From positions 1,664,001 through 1,728,000 of the forward strand of contig OZ241329.1 of NCBI GenBank assembly GCA_965199825.1: DNA of 64,000 nucleotides, in the 5' to 3' direction. The position numbers were made by a program, and so were the translations under genes. Origin of the DNA: Bdellovibrionales bacterium (GTDB lineage Bacteria; Bdellovibrionota; Bdellovibrionia; Bdellovibrionales; UBA1609). The notes beneath the pieces were generated by a model. The model did no database searches. It was given only the letters and a program-made list of their open reading frames with translations, and was not told where the DNA came from. The number at the start of each line of letters is the position of its first letter. Position 1 is the first letter of the stretch. Below are positions 38,201-47,689 of this stretch, piece by piece.

Positions 38201-38642
38201 CTTTTGTTTTCCAATCAATTCCGATGACCGAGTGATCCCGCAATCTTATCGCATTTTTCACTATGCATCGACACAACCCGTGCAAGCCAGTGTCAATACT
38301 ATGGAAGTCACTCAGTCGCTGATTCTTAAAGGGTTTGGAGACTACAGAGCGTTCTTGTCGGTATTTCAAGATCATATGTCGCCCTACCACTTGGATTATA
38401 TTCCAACACCGCTTTCGAGTTTTTTTTCTGACATCAAAAAAGATCAGCGCAGTGGTCGAATTCTTGGTTTGGCCGAGACCGCGGGTATTTTAAAATCAGA
38501 ACCTCCGGTTGAGCCAGGCACTTTCATGGCTGTTGGCGATCAGCGAAATTATCTCGAAAGAATAAGGGATTGGGTATTTGTTCGCGGTGATGTTAAACGC
38601 ACAAGAGTTAAAGACCAGAATCGGCGTCATCTGGCGCCGTGA
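35262..38642 (+). CDS. Giant lipoprotein B (1126 aa), paralog of lipoprotein A
   Basis: Lipobox LVAC; shares PKTD..GC..W.E, AINPW, GTY.L.L..EP.N.P.GL, R.CY.L and PTP.S with A. Confidence 0.8.
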   Translation: MSKTLNLICLFGLVACGQRSERGSMIYAANISGKALTFNASEFEWGLPDHRVIQFNACLKDHSREGAIQNQAIEILKSDRTVVDQEIAPKTDRDGCFSWTEDFAVESLKSPHYTKITRILKPQSTFQPIEVHLAINPWEGINGNETAVINADQFAQIKNETVNSSAPIEFLVDRVSYQIDFDYTQMQADGLKGQLILSFAPSIKLVGMTGREKALKLTKGLLRIKAQIWRQAEHGSATLIAETPSTQDAIRFRNQDFTSGRLPLIFKTNKLDAPGTYFLSLYAEPQNAPQGLAALQRNFRLGGSLDEAGSAKFDSAFLVPQQVQNINPLSVVESYRLDIVSGSIEEVSREKTEGQNEVTARIRFEAPIINPLLKTAVVNREFKISSLQDPQVEIFCDQKKLCKTDEDGILRWVDQLTYAPYEKIKPRGRTYKLRLVDAKTGESVAQDIEINPQTTNTQSKIVDPREAKNRADSTVPDQQPEFRIQKICLTKVLSREIAEVDNQMYLNLRNKFDVVMKPRILRFDDPAFGLQAPYQLPRVGDYLLTMVVYPSPNKTDQPITSHQQIFHYSGGPVVQFPFELLVSNAHQELQNAFVLAQLSFVDQKTKTALHTDFKTPVMAFDFSLNDPGTCQQFVDQGNFIDQQKSLVEYNNKDLNEDHQNYQAQLKKHSDDFDQLAEDRKNFEWINDAQRFEVRPLLVTDNGLKADGFLDVNQTQMENALSCLEKSSWAQNFQMPNCLKSWAPIYQSICSHFFEGVDQAKRYKSNTSHDVQFDPEIYSARQRFASLLQECTERPDRYFATYKQTYVYKHKGSTNQNSMSTSVPVTRNYNIGVFGGSDFMRESNFNIGAKAILLFPLNEIRKSLKLTKAQRIIANAPPLGMSYADATKNIIIAFEEEGFATPKLPVLARGYDRFEQIYEFETLNNESALTTNASFNVETFNMDIEVGSSRDCYQLSANTDFFIDALMLDNVGEILKDQSRYFCFPINSDDRVIPQSYRIFHYASTQPVQASVNTMEVTQSLILKGFGDYRAFLSVFQDHMSPYHLDYIPTPLSSFFSDIKKDQRSGRILGLAETAGILKSEPPVEPGTFMAVGDQRNYLERIRDWVFVRGDVKRTRVKDQNRRHLAP

Positions 38643-38659
38643 TTGCACGATTGTGAGTC

Positions 38660-39793
38660 ATGAGAGTTACAGTCATTTACGTCCTTATTTGCGCTTTATT
38701 TACGACCACATCTTGTACGCGAAAACAAAAACCTGATGAAATTCTCATCGGTGAGTATGTGTCGCTCACCGGTTCGGAAGCCACTTTTGGGGTGAGCTCT
38801 GATCGCGGGGTTCGGTTTGCGATCGAGGAGCGAAATGCCAAAGGTCGCTTACGTGGGCGGGTGATTCGGCTGATCAGTTATGATGATCAAAGCAAATCAG
38901 AAGAGACCGCCTCTGTGGTGAAGCGGCTGGTGACTCAAGATAAAGTTTTGGGTTTGATTGGGGAAGTGGCCAGCACGCGTTCAATTTTTGGTGCTTCGGT
39001 TGCCCAAAAATATAAAGTTCCGATGATCACTCCTTCGGCTACCAATCCTAAAGTTACCGAGGTGGGCGAATATATTTTTCGCTCGTGCTTTGTCGATGAG
39101 ACTCAGGGTCGAGCAATGGCCAAGTTTGCGCGTGAGCGTCTCAAGCTCAAGCGCATCGCTGTGATGAAGGATATGAAGTCCGATTTCAGTCTTGGATTTT
39201 CTGAATTTTTCGAAAAAACATTTAAAGATTTAGGTGGCGAAATCGTTTTGGTCGAGAGCTACCAATCCGAAGATTCCGATTTCAAAGCACAATTGACCCA
39301 GATTCGAAGTCAAAATGCCGATGGTTTATTTATTCCTGGGTATTATACCGCAGCAAGTTTGATTGCGGTTCAGGCGCGCCAACTTGGGATTAAATCTATA
39401 TTGCTCGGCGGAGATGGATGGGAAAGCGAAAGACTGGTGGAGCTCGGAAAAGAGGCGATTGTTGGATCTTATTTTTCGACCAAGTTTACCGCCGGAAATA
39501 AAAAAGATCCGTTGGTAAAAAGTTTTGTTGAGCGATTTCAAAAACGCTTTAACGAAATTCCCGACGGGGTGGCTGCGGCAGGCTATGACGCCGCCTTGCT
39601 CATGATTCATGCTTTGGAAACCGCGAAGGATCTGTCTCCAGATGGAGTTCGTGATGCTATCGCAAAAACCACAAATTTAAGTGGAGTTACAGGCTCAACC
39701 ACCATCAATAGCAAGCGAGACGCAACAAAGCCGGTCACGGTGGTCCGGGTGAACCAAAACAGCATTGATTATGTAGAGACCATTACCCCTTAA
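38660..39793 (+). CDS. Branched-chain amino acid ABC-type substrate-binding lipoprotein (LivJ/LivK family)
   Basis: SLTGSEATFG, YDDQS, GEVASTRS, ITPSATNP.VT, DFKAQLT, LLGGDGW, GVTG; lipobox TTSC. Confidence 0.92.
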   Translation: MRVTVIYVLICALFTTTSCTRKQKPDEILIGEYVSLTGSEATFGVSSDRGVRFAIEERNAKGRLRGRVIRLISYDDQSKSEETASVVKRLVTQDKVLGLIGEVASTRSIFGASVAQKYKVPMITPSATNPKVTEVGEYIFRSCFVDETQGRAMAKFARERLKLKRIAVMKDMKSDFSLGFSEFFEKTFKDLGGEIVLVESYQSEDSDFKAQLTQIRSQNADGLFIPGYYTAASLIAVQARQLGIKSILLGGDGWESERLVELGKEAIVGSYFSTKFTAGNKKDPLVKSFVERFQKRFNEIPDGVAAAGYDAALLMIHALETAKDLSPDGVRDAIAKTTNLSGVTGSTTINSKRDATKPVTVVRVNQNSIDYVETITP

Positions 39794-39838
39794 CTTCGAC
39801 CAAAGTTCAGTATCGACTTTTGAGATTTTAGAATTAAA

Positions 39839-40165
39839 ATGATCTTTATGATTCGTCGTGGGCTTTTTGGTTTTTATTCTACAATTGGGCGTGTGCTTCA
39901 CCACCCATGGCATGTGTTGTGGGTTTGCTTAGGCCTCACATTTTTTAATTGTGTGCTCGATGGTAGTTTATTGCGTCTTTGGGCCTTTCATCGCGATCAA
40001 AAAGAACTCCGAATTCAAGCCTCGGCGTTGCGATTAGAAAACACCAAGGTCAAAGAACTGATCAAAAAAACCTCGGATCCAAACTTTATGGAGCGTGAGG
40101 CACGGGATCGATTTGACTTGGTTGAGGACGGCGATCTGGTGTTTGTATTCTCGCAAGATAACTAA
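39839..40165 (+). CDS. ftsB: Septum formation initiator FtsB/DivIC family protein
   Basis: Single TM, coiled coil, DP.FMEREARDRFDLV..GD.VF. Confidence 0.82.
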   Translation: MIFMIRRGLFGFYSTIGRVLHHPWHVLWVCLGLTFFNCVLDGSLLRLWAFHRDQKELRIQASALRLENTKVKELIKKTSDPNFMEREARDRFDLVEDGDLVFVFSQDN

Positions 40166-40223
40166 TCTACGACGCACAACAACAGTATTTGTCTTACCCA
40201 AACCGATCCTCTAGCAAAGAACA

Positions 40224-40490
40224 ATGACTAAAGACGATATCAAACACCTTCGCCATCAGTTGGGATGGAGTGCAGCCGAAATGGCTCGACGCTTAGCTCT
40301 TAAAACCGAAATCTTTTTAAAATATGAGACCGGCGAATTTCAGGCAAGTGACGATGTTCTCAGCCAACTTCAAGCCATTTCCAATTTTGTTGAGAGCAAT
40401 GCAATTCGGGTGAATTCAACCCCACTGGTCGAAGAGATGATGCGAGATCTTGGAGTTGACCAAATTCAAAACAACGCTGTCTTGAAGTGA
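40224..40490 (+). CDS. XRE-family helix-turn-helix protein
   Basis: IKHLRHQLGWSAAEMARRL...YETG. Confidence 0.8.
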   Translation: MTKDDIKHLRHQLGWSAAEMARRLALKTEIFLKYETGEFQASDDVLSQLQAISNFVESNAIRVNSTPLVEEMMRDLGVDQIQNNAVLK

Positions 40491-43012
40491 AGAGTTTTTA
40501 TTTAGTCGACGTCAGCTCGATGTTTTTTCGTGCCTTTTATGCCATCCCTCCACTTACAAATGAAAAAGGTTTACCCACAAACGCGCTTTATGGTTTTTTA
40601 AATATGACCTTAAAACTCTTGCGTGATGTAAAACCCGATTATCTGGCTTTTTGTTTTGATCGGAAGGAGCGCTCGTTCCGCTTTGATCTTTATGATCAAT
40701 ACAAAGCTCACCGCGACGAGATGCCTGACGATCTTGCTTTACAAGTTCCATATATTCGCAAAATGACCGATGTCTTAGGGATCAAAGCGATTGATGCCGA
40801 AGGCTTTGAGGCCGACGATGTGATCGGAACTCTGACATCCTTTGGCAAAGAGCATGAGCTTGAAGTTGTCATTGTCAGTGGCGATAAGGATTTTGCTCAG
40901 CTCATCACCCAGAATGTTGTTATGTTCGATACGATGAAGGATGTGCGCTACACAGTAAGCGGCGTCAAAGACAAATGGGGGATCGAGCCGCATCAGATGA
41001 TCGATTATTTAAGTCTGGTGGGCGACAACTCGGATAATATTCCTGGGGTTAAAGGAATTGGAGCAAAGGGTGCTCAAAAACTTTTGAGTGAGTATGAGTC
41101 TCTTGATGGAATTTATAAAAATCTAGAAGCCATCAGCGGCAAAAGTATTAAACAAAAATTGATTGATGGAAAAGAGATGGCTTTTTTATCACAAAAACTC
41201 GTAACGATTCATCAAACCATTCCGTTAAAAATTGAACTTGAGGAATTTAAGCGCCGCGAACTGGATATGACAGCGGTAACCGAATTGCTGCTCGAACTTG
41301 GATTTAAAAATATTCTCAAAAATTTTCAAACAACAACAAATGCTCCCGCTGCAGCTCCAGCACCTGAGGCAGCCAAAAAAATTCGCAAAGCAAAACGTGG
41401 ACCTTTGGCTCTCATTTCCTTTGCCGAATTTATGAACACCGTACAGGCCTATAGCGACGTCTCACTTTTTGAGTCCATCAATGGACTTCACATCGCCCAC
41501 AAACAGGTGGTCGCTCAGGTTGATATTTCGGGTCCTGAATTTTCTAAAATTCTGGGTCAAAAACACTATCGCTACTCTGGTTTTGATATCAAAGAAATGT
41601 GGAAACTTCTCAATCTCACGGATCCTCTTTCACAATTTGATTCGATGATTGCAGCTTACGTGATCAAAGCGGGTGCGACAGGCGATTTTCAAGCAACCTA
41701 TAACAGTTTTATGCCCACCCAACTCACAGATCTTTTGAGGCCAGAAGAGATGTACTCGGCCCATCTTGAGCTCGAAGCCGTTTTAAAAGAGCAGCTTAAA
41801 ACTCGAAATGGCGAAGGCGTTTTTAAAAAAATCGAAATGCCGGTGGTCGCGGCTCTTTTTGCGATGGAGCAAAAGGGCATTTTGGTGGATCGCGAATTTT
41901 TGGGTCAACAAAGTCAGAGCCTCGATAAAGATTTGCGTGCTCTTGAAACCAAGGTTTTTGAATACTCCGATGGACCTTTTAATATCGGAAGTCCAAAACA
42001 ACTCGGCCAAATCTTATTTGATAAATTAAAACTTCCGGTACAGAAAAAAACCAAAACTGGTTATTCCACCGGAAGTGATGTTTTGGAAAAACTCGATCAC
42101 CCCATTGCCAAATTGATTGTCGAGTACAGAGAGCTTGCAAAACTCAAGAGCACCTACGTGGACGCGCTACCCCTTTTAATACACCCAGAGACGGGGCGTC
42201 TCCATACCACTTTTCGCCAAGCGCAAACCACCACCGGTCGGCTTTCGAGCGTAAACCCTAATCTTCAAAATATTCCGATACGCACCGAGCGTGGTCGCTT
42301 AGTTCGTAAAGCTTTTATTGCCGATGAAGGCAACCAACTCATTGCTGCAGACTATAGTCAGATTGAGCTCAGGATATTGGCGCACATGACAGATGACCCA
42401 GGACTGACGCGCGCCTTTAAAGAGGAATTGGATATTCACGCGGCAACCGCGAGCGAAATTTTCAATGTGGAATTAAAAAATGTGACAAGCGACATGCGCC
42501 GCGCCTCGAAGGCGGTCAATTTTGGAATCGCTTACGGCCAGGGAGCCTTCGGTCTTTCCGAAAGTTTGGGAATCCCCCGAAACGAAGCCTCAGATATCAT
42601 TAAGCGCTATTTTGATCGTTTTAAAAATGTGCGCGAGTATATGGATCAAACCATTCGGGCCGCTTATGAAAATGGTTATGTCGAAACTTTATTTGGGCGT
42701 CGACGTTATCTGGATGAACTCAAAAGCAAAAGCCAAGCGATCAAAAAATTTGGCGAACGTGCGGCGATCAATGCCCCCATGCAAGGAACCGCCAGTGATC
42801 TTGTGAAGATGGCCATGGTTAAAATTTATCAAGAAGTCTCAGTGCCCATCTTACTTCAAGTGCATGATGAATTACTTTTTGAGGCACCCGATCATTTGGT
42901 TCAAAGTGAGGTCGAGATCATCCGTAACGCTATGGAAAATGTTTATCGCCTGAACGTCCCCTTAAGAGTCAACATTGCCTGCGGAATCAATTGGGAAGAT
43001 GCCCATTCTTAA
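40487..43012 (+). CDS. polA: DNA polymerase I
   Basis: 5'-3' exonuclease (EADDVIG, SGDKD, GD.SDNIPGV.GIG), TGRLSS..PNLQNIP, DYSQIELR, QVHDEL; proofreading domain degenerate. Confidence 0.97.
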   Translation: MKSFYLVDVSSMFFRAFYAIPPLTNEKGLPTNALYGFLNMTLKLLRDVKPDYLAFCFDRKERSFRFDLYDQYKAHRDEMPDDLALQVPYIRKMTDVLGIKAIDAEGFEADDVIGTLTSFGKEHELEVVIVSGDKDFAQLITQNVVMFDTMKDVRYTVSGVKDKWGIEPHQMIDYLSLVGDNSDNIPGVKGIGAKGAQKLLSEYESLDGIYKNLEAISGKSIKQKLIDGKEMAFLSQKLVTIHQTIPLKIELEEFKRRELDMTAVTELLLELGFKNILKNFQTTTNAPAAAPAPEAAKKIRKAKRGPLALISFAEFMNTVQAYSDVSLFESINGLHIAHKQVVAQVDISGPEFSKILGQKHYRYSGFDIKEMWKLLNLTDPLSQFDSMIAAYVIKAGATGDFQATYNSFMPTQLTDLLRPEEMYSAHLELEAVLKEQLKTRNGEGVFKKIEMPVVAALFAMEQKGILVDREFLGQQSQSLDKDLRALETKVFEYSDGPFNIGSPKQLGQILFDKLKLPVQKKTKTGYSTGSDVLEKLDHPIAKLIVEYRELAKLKSTYVDALPLLIHPETGRLHTTFRQAQTTTGRLSSVNPNLQNIPIRTERGRLVRKAFIADEGNQLIAADYSQIELRILAHMTDDPGLTRAFKEELDIHAATASEIFNVELKNVTSDMRRASKAVNFGIAYGQGAFGLSESLGIPRNEASDIIKRYFDRFKNVREYMDQTIRAAYENGYVETLFGRRRYLDELKSKSQAIKKFGERAAINAPMQGTASDLVKMAMVKIYQEVSVPILLQVHDELLFEAPDHLVQSEVEIIRNAMENVYRLNVPLRVNIACGINWEDAHS

Positions 43013-44196
43013 AAATTATATCGCCCAGTCATTGTCGCTTGGGTATTATCCACTTTTGATGACACAAACTGGGTGTGGATAAAAAAGATTTCGGGCCCCG
43101 CCACAAAATTTCCTTCTTTGTACTGAAACAGAATGGCTTCTACATTATTTTTGAGTCGCGACTGCAAAGTGGATGTTGAGTTCAGATCGGCAACATCATC
43201 CAGATTGGGCTGCGAAGTAGAAACAGTTGCGATACCGCTCCATCGTTCATTGAAATTATATCCCAACTGCAGCCAGCCCCCGACCTCATGAATGTCCTTT
43301 TCGATTTCGAATTGAATCAAATTGCCCAACAGTGGAGCGAGGTTCTTTCCATAATAAAACTCGGTTTTTAAAGTGAGATCCCCTTTTTGAAAAGCTCCCC
43401 CAATTTTAAATGCCACCACATCAAAATCCCTAAGTGGTGAAGTCTTTGTGATCGTGTCGGTGTTAGAAACGTAAGGGAGTTCGGTCGTCCGTGTTAAAGC
43501 AACTCGGTTGTAATGACCCACCAAAAACAAACGAGAATTTGGATTTGTCCATTTTACCCGGGCCTCGATACCGGGTAAACCCGAGAGTTGGCCAGCATCC
43601 ACGTTTTTATTATTTTGTGTTGATAACCCAAAGGCGTATGGATTTTCCCAATCTGATTTTAATAATTGCGCCGCAAGCTCTAACTTTGAACTATTAGAAT
43701 CAAGCGTATAAAAACCGCTAATTCCTGGCTCGCGCCAAGCGATATATCCTGATCCATAAAAAGGAAATGCGGTGTGAGCCAGGGATGTAGGAACCATGGC
43801 ATTGAGCAGTTGCCAATCCTGCCCAATTCGCAGCATCAGTTTGTCCCAATTGAATTCGAGATAGATTAATCGCAGTCTTGGGATGACATTGACTTCTCCA
43901 TAGCCACCAGGACTGTTTGTTCCAAAAAAATCGATCTCGCCGTAGACTTGAGGTTGTGTGCCGCCAAAAAGAGTTGGGCCCGAGGCTTGAAGGCTCAAAC
44001 GGGATTGTCGAATATCAAAACCAAGAGTGTCGGCTTTTTTATTATTTTGGGCGAGCAAAAATCCCGAGCCGTTGAGCAGCAACCCAGGAGTTGTTTGGTA
44101 GTAAGCGGTGGTAGTTAAAAAACCGTGGGCTTCGAATTTAAAATTCTCATCCGCAAAGCAATTCAAACCAAACAACAAAATCAAAAATTTTTTCAT
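43009..44196 (-). CDS. Outer-membrane porin (DcaP-like)
   Basis: Signal peptide, RQSRL, GEIDFFG, PRLRL.Y, IGQDW, C-terminal RYNF. Confidence 0.75.
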   Translation of the reverse strand: MKKFLILLFGLNCFADENFKFEAHGFLTTTAYYQTTPGLLLNGSGFLLAQNNKKADTLGFDIRQSRLSLQASGPTLFGGTQPQVYGEIDFFGTNSPGGYGEVNVIPRLRLIYLEFNWDKLMLRIGQDWQLLNAMVPTSLAHTAFPFYGSGYIAWREPGISGFYTLDSNSSKLELAAQLLKSDWENPYAFGLSTQNNKNVDAGQLSGLPGIEARVKWTNPNSRLFLVGHYNRVALTRTTELPYVSNTDTITKTSPLRDFDVVAFKIGGAFQKGDLTLKTEFYYGKNLAPLLGNLIQFEIEKDIHEVGGWLQLGYNFNERWSGIATVSTSQPNLDDVADLNSTSTLQSRLKNNVEAILFQYKEGNFVAGPEIFFIHTQFVSSKVDNTQATMTGRYNF

Positions 44197-44223
44197 CCAG
44201 ATTCAATAACAGAGAACATCCTT

Positions 44224-44763
44224 TTATGAAAGCGCCTGGAGTTGTGAGCAATCGTTAGCAAAAAATCTAAGAGTGCGTTGCACTGCGGGCTTTTGATTGA
44301 GCCATCTTAAAATGTATTCGCAATCGGTAAAGAGCACTCGATCTTTTACGGTAGGGATCAATAAATGTTTTTGTCCAAGCAAACCTTGTAGCGTGGAGTA
44401 AGGGTAGTTTTGGACTTGAAGGCATAGGTGAGATTCTACCGGGTCACGATACATCTCTTTATAAGTTTTCATGTAATCTTCAGACGTACCGAGGCGTGTA
44501 CGATGGTAGGAGGCTTGTGGAATCACTTGCGCAATCTCTCGCTTAAAATAATTCATCGCTTCAGCCTGATTGTTATCTGGAAAAGCGGCGATCAGATGAA
44601 AATGGGTTTTCATCAAAACAAAAGCATGTGTATCGACCCTAAAGGCTTTATTTAAAAAATAAAGAGCATGCTCAAAAATGGGCCATGCCTCTTCGAGGGG
44701 TAGGGTGAGAAGTTGAGGAGTCGTTGTGAAATAAAATGGATATTGGTGTTTTTGTGTTTTCAT
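44224..44763 (-). mobile_element. Degenerate/shortened RAYT-like (IS200/Y1 HUH) tyrosine transposase
   Basis: HAFVLMKTHFHLI (HUH), Y.DPVE..L (for NPV) and YPYS; no flanking REP array seen. Confidence 0.65.
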
Positions 44764-44856
44764 GCTGAGTGATAAAAGCAAACAGCACTCCGGGATCAGA
44801 TCTTTATTAGCCGCACTTGAAGACTTCAGACGTCCGGCCGAGTCAACGAACTCCGG

Positions 44857-45492
44857 TTAAAGAGTTTCCCAACCCACCACGCGACCAGCTTCGAAATAGA
44901 TAAATCTTAATTGTTTGTTATAGCCATCAGTTCCTGAAACGTAGCGGGTGTACTTCCAGCGTTGGTTTCCGTAGGTGGGATTACCACTGACCTCGATCAA
45001 GTCAGGATCGCCCCAACTTTCTTGAACAGCTCGGTGCGACATTCCCAGTGCAATATCATTCTTCTCAATAAGAGTGGCGGTTTGGGGTGAAAAGTTTTGG
45101 TCACTATTTCGAATCCCATGATCTGAGGCGTATCGTTCACGAGCATCAATTGTTGGAAGACGCAAAAACTGCACTCGTTCATTATCTGAATTCATAAGAC
45201 TTTTAAGGCTAAAATATTGGCGACGCTCGCGGTCGGACTGCATGCGGGCCTCTAATTTTTTTAAAACTAAGCGATTGTGAAGCCGATCTTCCTCGTCGCC
45301 GGTCAAAGGATAGTTACCGAGATAACCCAATTCTTGGCGAGTGACGGACTCATCATAGGCCTGTTTTTCTGTGGTCAGAGTATCGTAGTGAGTGGATTCA
45401 CTGTTTTCACTGTAACCAGATTGTTCAGAGCGTGAGAATGAGGAACAGGCCGTAAGTCCGACTGCAATTAAAAGAACAAAAATAAAATTCAT
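44857..45492 (-). CDS. Lipoprotein with C-terminal SmpA/BamE-like domain
   Basis: Lipobox LTAC; IALGMS..AV.ESWGDP...W.Y...IYFE.GRVVGW. Confidence 0.72.
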   Translation of the reverse strand: MNFIFVLLIAVGLTACSSFSRSEQSGYSENSESTHYDTLTTEKQAYDESVTRQELGYLGNYPLTGDEEDRLHNRLVLKKLEARMQSDRERRQYFSLKSLMNSDNERVQFLRLPTIDARERYASDHGIRNSDQNFSPQTATLIEKNDIALGMSHRAVQESWGDPDLIEVSGNPTYGNQRWKYTRYVSGTDGYNKQLRFIYFEAGRVVGWETL

Positions 45493-45575
45493 GGTGTGAC
45501 TCCTCATTTAACGTTTCGGAGTGAAACACAAAAATTAAAGTCCAACTTCTGTGAGTCCTGCGCCATACTTTTGTC

Positions 45576-46340
45576 ATGGCAACAGATAAGGTGAATAAAA
45601 CTGAAGAACTTGATGAGCTCCTAAGGCAAGAAGATCCCGAATTTGCGCGCCAAATGGACTCACTCAAAATTGAAACCAAAAATATCGAAATCAAGAGTGT
45701 CGAGCTTGCGCTTGAAGGCGCATTTGAAGAAAAACCGAGTCTCAAAAATCGACTTCACGCGATGACCGCCAATTTTTCAATCAAGGATCTTTTTAAATAT
45801 TTCTTTATCCAACTCAAAATTATTTGGCGAACACCGTTTTCAAAAAAAATTGCGGTCCTGGTAATTTTAATTCTGTTGGGCGTGGTGATGGAACTTGCCT
45901 TAAGAAATCTGAGAGGGACCTGGATTCCGACCTATCAAAAAGGATTTATCCAAAGTTTTGATTCTGTGGCTGATCATGTGATGGAATCCGAAAAAATGCT
46001 TCTACTTGATGATGCCCTACCGTTACCCGAGTATCAGGTGCTGCTCGAAAAAGTGGTTGTCAATCTCAAGCGCATTGAGGGCTCAAACGCAAATCCAATG
46101 GGGACCTTCGAAATCTATGCGGGTGCCGAAAATAACGAAACCGCAATTGAACTCAGAGCCAGAAAAAACGAAATGATTGATGTGGTCTCACGAGCAATCG
46201 AAGATTTGACCTATGCGGACATCACCCAAGATCCAAAGAACACTCGCCTTAAAGACACAGTTTTAAAGGCCCTGAATTCCAACCTGAGTCAGGGCTCGGT
46301 GCGCCGGGTTTATCTTAAAACAAATATCACAAAGCCCTAA
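45576..46340 (+). CDS. fliL: FliL-family protein with extended N-terminus
   Basis: TM then [10 protein letters not shown]......TY.DI......LK..V...LN..L..G.V..VY. Confidence 0.7.
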   Translation: MATDKVNKTEELDELLRQEDPEFARQMDSLKIETKNIEIKSVELALEGAFEEKPSLKNRLHAMTANFSIKDLFKYFFIQLKIIWRTPFSKKIAVLVILILLGVVMELALRNLRGTWIPTYQKGFIQSFDSVADHVMESEKMLLLDDALPLPEYQVLLEKVVVNLKRIEGSNANPMGTFEIYAGAENNETAIELRARKNEMIDVVSRAIEDLTYADITQDPKNTRLKDTVLKALNSNLSQGSVRRVYLKTNITKP

Positions 46341-47593
46341 ACCTCGATGGCATAAGCACGAATCCGGTCGTGGAGAGTGCTCTTTGGAATTCCAAGATCA
46401 TCGGCGGTTCGACGTTGATTTCCTTTATTGGCTTTCAGCCGGGTCATGATCAATTCGCGCTCTAGAGATTTCAAAGAAAACTTTCCGCTCGGAAGTTTGA
46501 GCCCAAGATCTGGAAATTTATCTGGAGGAGAATCAATTAACCGTGTCACATGTTCGGCTTCGACAGTTTGACTGCCAAATAGCACTCGGGCACGGGCCAC
46601 CATATTTTTGAGTTCTCGAATATTGCCGGGCCACGAATGTTTTTTTAATTCGGCAATTGCTCCATGAGAAAATCGAACCTTCGAATGGCGAGCAAAGGTA
46701 AACAGAAGAGTCTCAAAATCCTCGAGCCGATCTTTAAGAGCAGGGGGTCGAAGAGTCATACCTTGAAGACGATAGAATAAATCAAAACGAAAAGCTCCGC
46801 GCTGCGCTTGGCCCTCAAGATCCTGATGGGTTGCGGCGACAATTCGGATGTCGGTTTGTATGGTTGAATCACTTCCTACTGGTCGGATTTCTTGATTTTC
46901 TAGCGCGCGCAAAAGTTTAGGTTGCAGTTGCAAAGGAAGATCCCCAATTTCATCTAAAAAAAGTGTTCCTCCGCGAGCAGTTTCAAATGCCCCTTTGCGA
47001 TCGTTTTGGGCTCCGGTAAAACTGCCGCGAATGTGCCCAAATAATTCACTCTCAACGAGCGATTCACTGAGCGCACTGCAGTTGACACTCACAAAAGGTC
47101 CTTCGCGCCGGCTCGAGAGATCATGCACTGCACGTGCGATCAGTTCTTTACCAACACCACTTGGACCAAGAATCAAAACCGGAATGTTTTCGGCTGCGAT
47201 CGAAGGTAGGTTTTTAAGTTGTAATGAATAATTGGGATTTTTACTGGTGAGCGATAATGTCGAATGTGGTTGCGAATTTGAAAAAACAAATTCCGACTTT
47301 CCAATTCGGATGCAGTCTTGGTCGTTTAAGACCGCCTCCATAATGGCCACTCCATTTACGTAAGTTCCATTACGCGATTGCAAATCGCGAAGCACAAAGC
47401 CAAAGGATTTTTGTTCAATTCGGGCATGACGGTGTGAGGTGTAGGAATCGTCGATGGCCACCGTGTTTTCGGGTCCCCGCCCGATCGTCACAAATGCGGT
47501 GAGTGGAAGAGGTTCTTGGAGCCGAGCTCCTGTAAGAAAAGGTTGAACACCTGATGCTGCAGTTGATTTGCTGAGACGAATTGTGGTTGCCAT
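46337..47593 (-). CDS. FHA-domain sigma-54-dependent activator (bEBP) with Fis HTH
   Basis: FHA (IGR, SHRH, SRNG), [37 protein letters not shown]; start 47593 with RBS GGAGG. Confidence 0.93.
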   Translation of the reverse strand: MATTIRLSKSTAASGVQPFLTGARLQEPLPLTAFVTIGRGPENTVAIDDSYTSHRHARIEQKSFGFVLRDLQSRNGTYVNGVAIMEAVLNDQDCIRIGKSEFVFSNSQPHSTLSLTSKNPNYSLQLKNLPSIAAENIPVLILGPSGVGKELIARAVHDLSSRREGPFVSVNCSALSESLVESELFGHIRGSFTGAQNDRKGAFETARGGTLFLDEIGDLPLQLQPKLLRALENQEIRPVGSDSTIQTDIRIVAATHQDLEGQAQRGAFRFDLFYRLQGMTLRPPALKDRLEDFETLLFTFARHSKVRFSHGAIAELKKHSWPGNIRELKNMVARARVLFGSQTVEAEHVTRLIDSPPDKFPDLGLKLPSGKFSLKSLERELIMTRLKANKGNQRRTADDLGIPKSTLHDRIRAYAIEV

Positions 47594-47650
47594 TAAAGAT
47601 CCTCCATAAAACACGGAGTACCAAAATTGATGCCTGCCCAAATATTTTAT

Positions 47651-47689
47651 AGGCGAGTTCGCCTCAGGTTTGTCCGAGCTGCGGAAACA
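47651..47689. promoter_or_regulatory. Inverted repeats in the divergent bEBP/engB intergenic region (possible operator/UAS)
   Basis: AGGCGA-GT-TCGCCT (47651-64) and imperfect TGTCCG-N5-CGGAAACA (47671-89). Confidence 0.35.

Noticed and set aside
44810..44856. Weak hairpin upstream of the RAYT-like gene as a possible REP
   Set aside because: Imperfect, single copy and without a GTAG/GGAG-type REP arrangement
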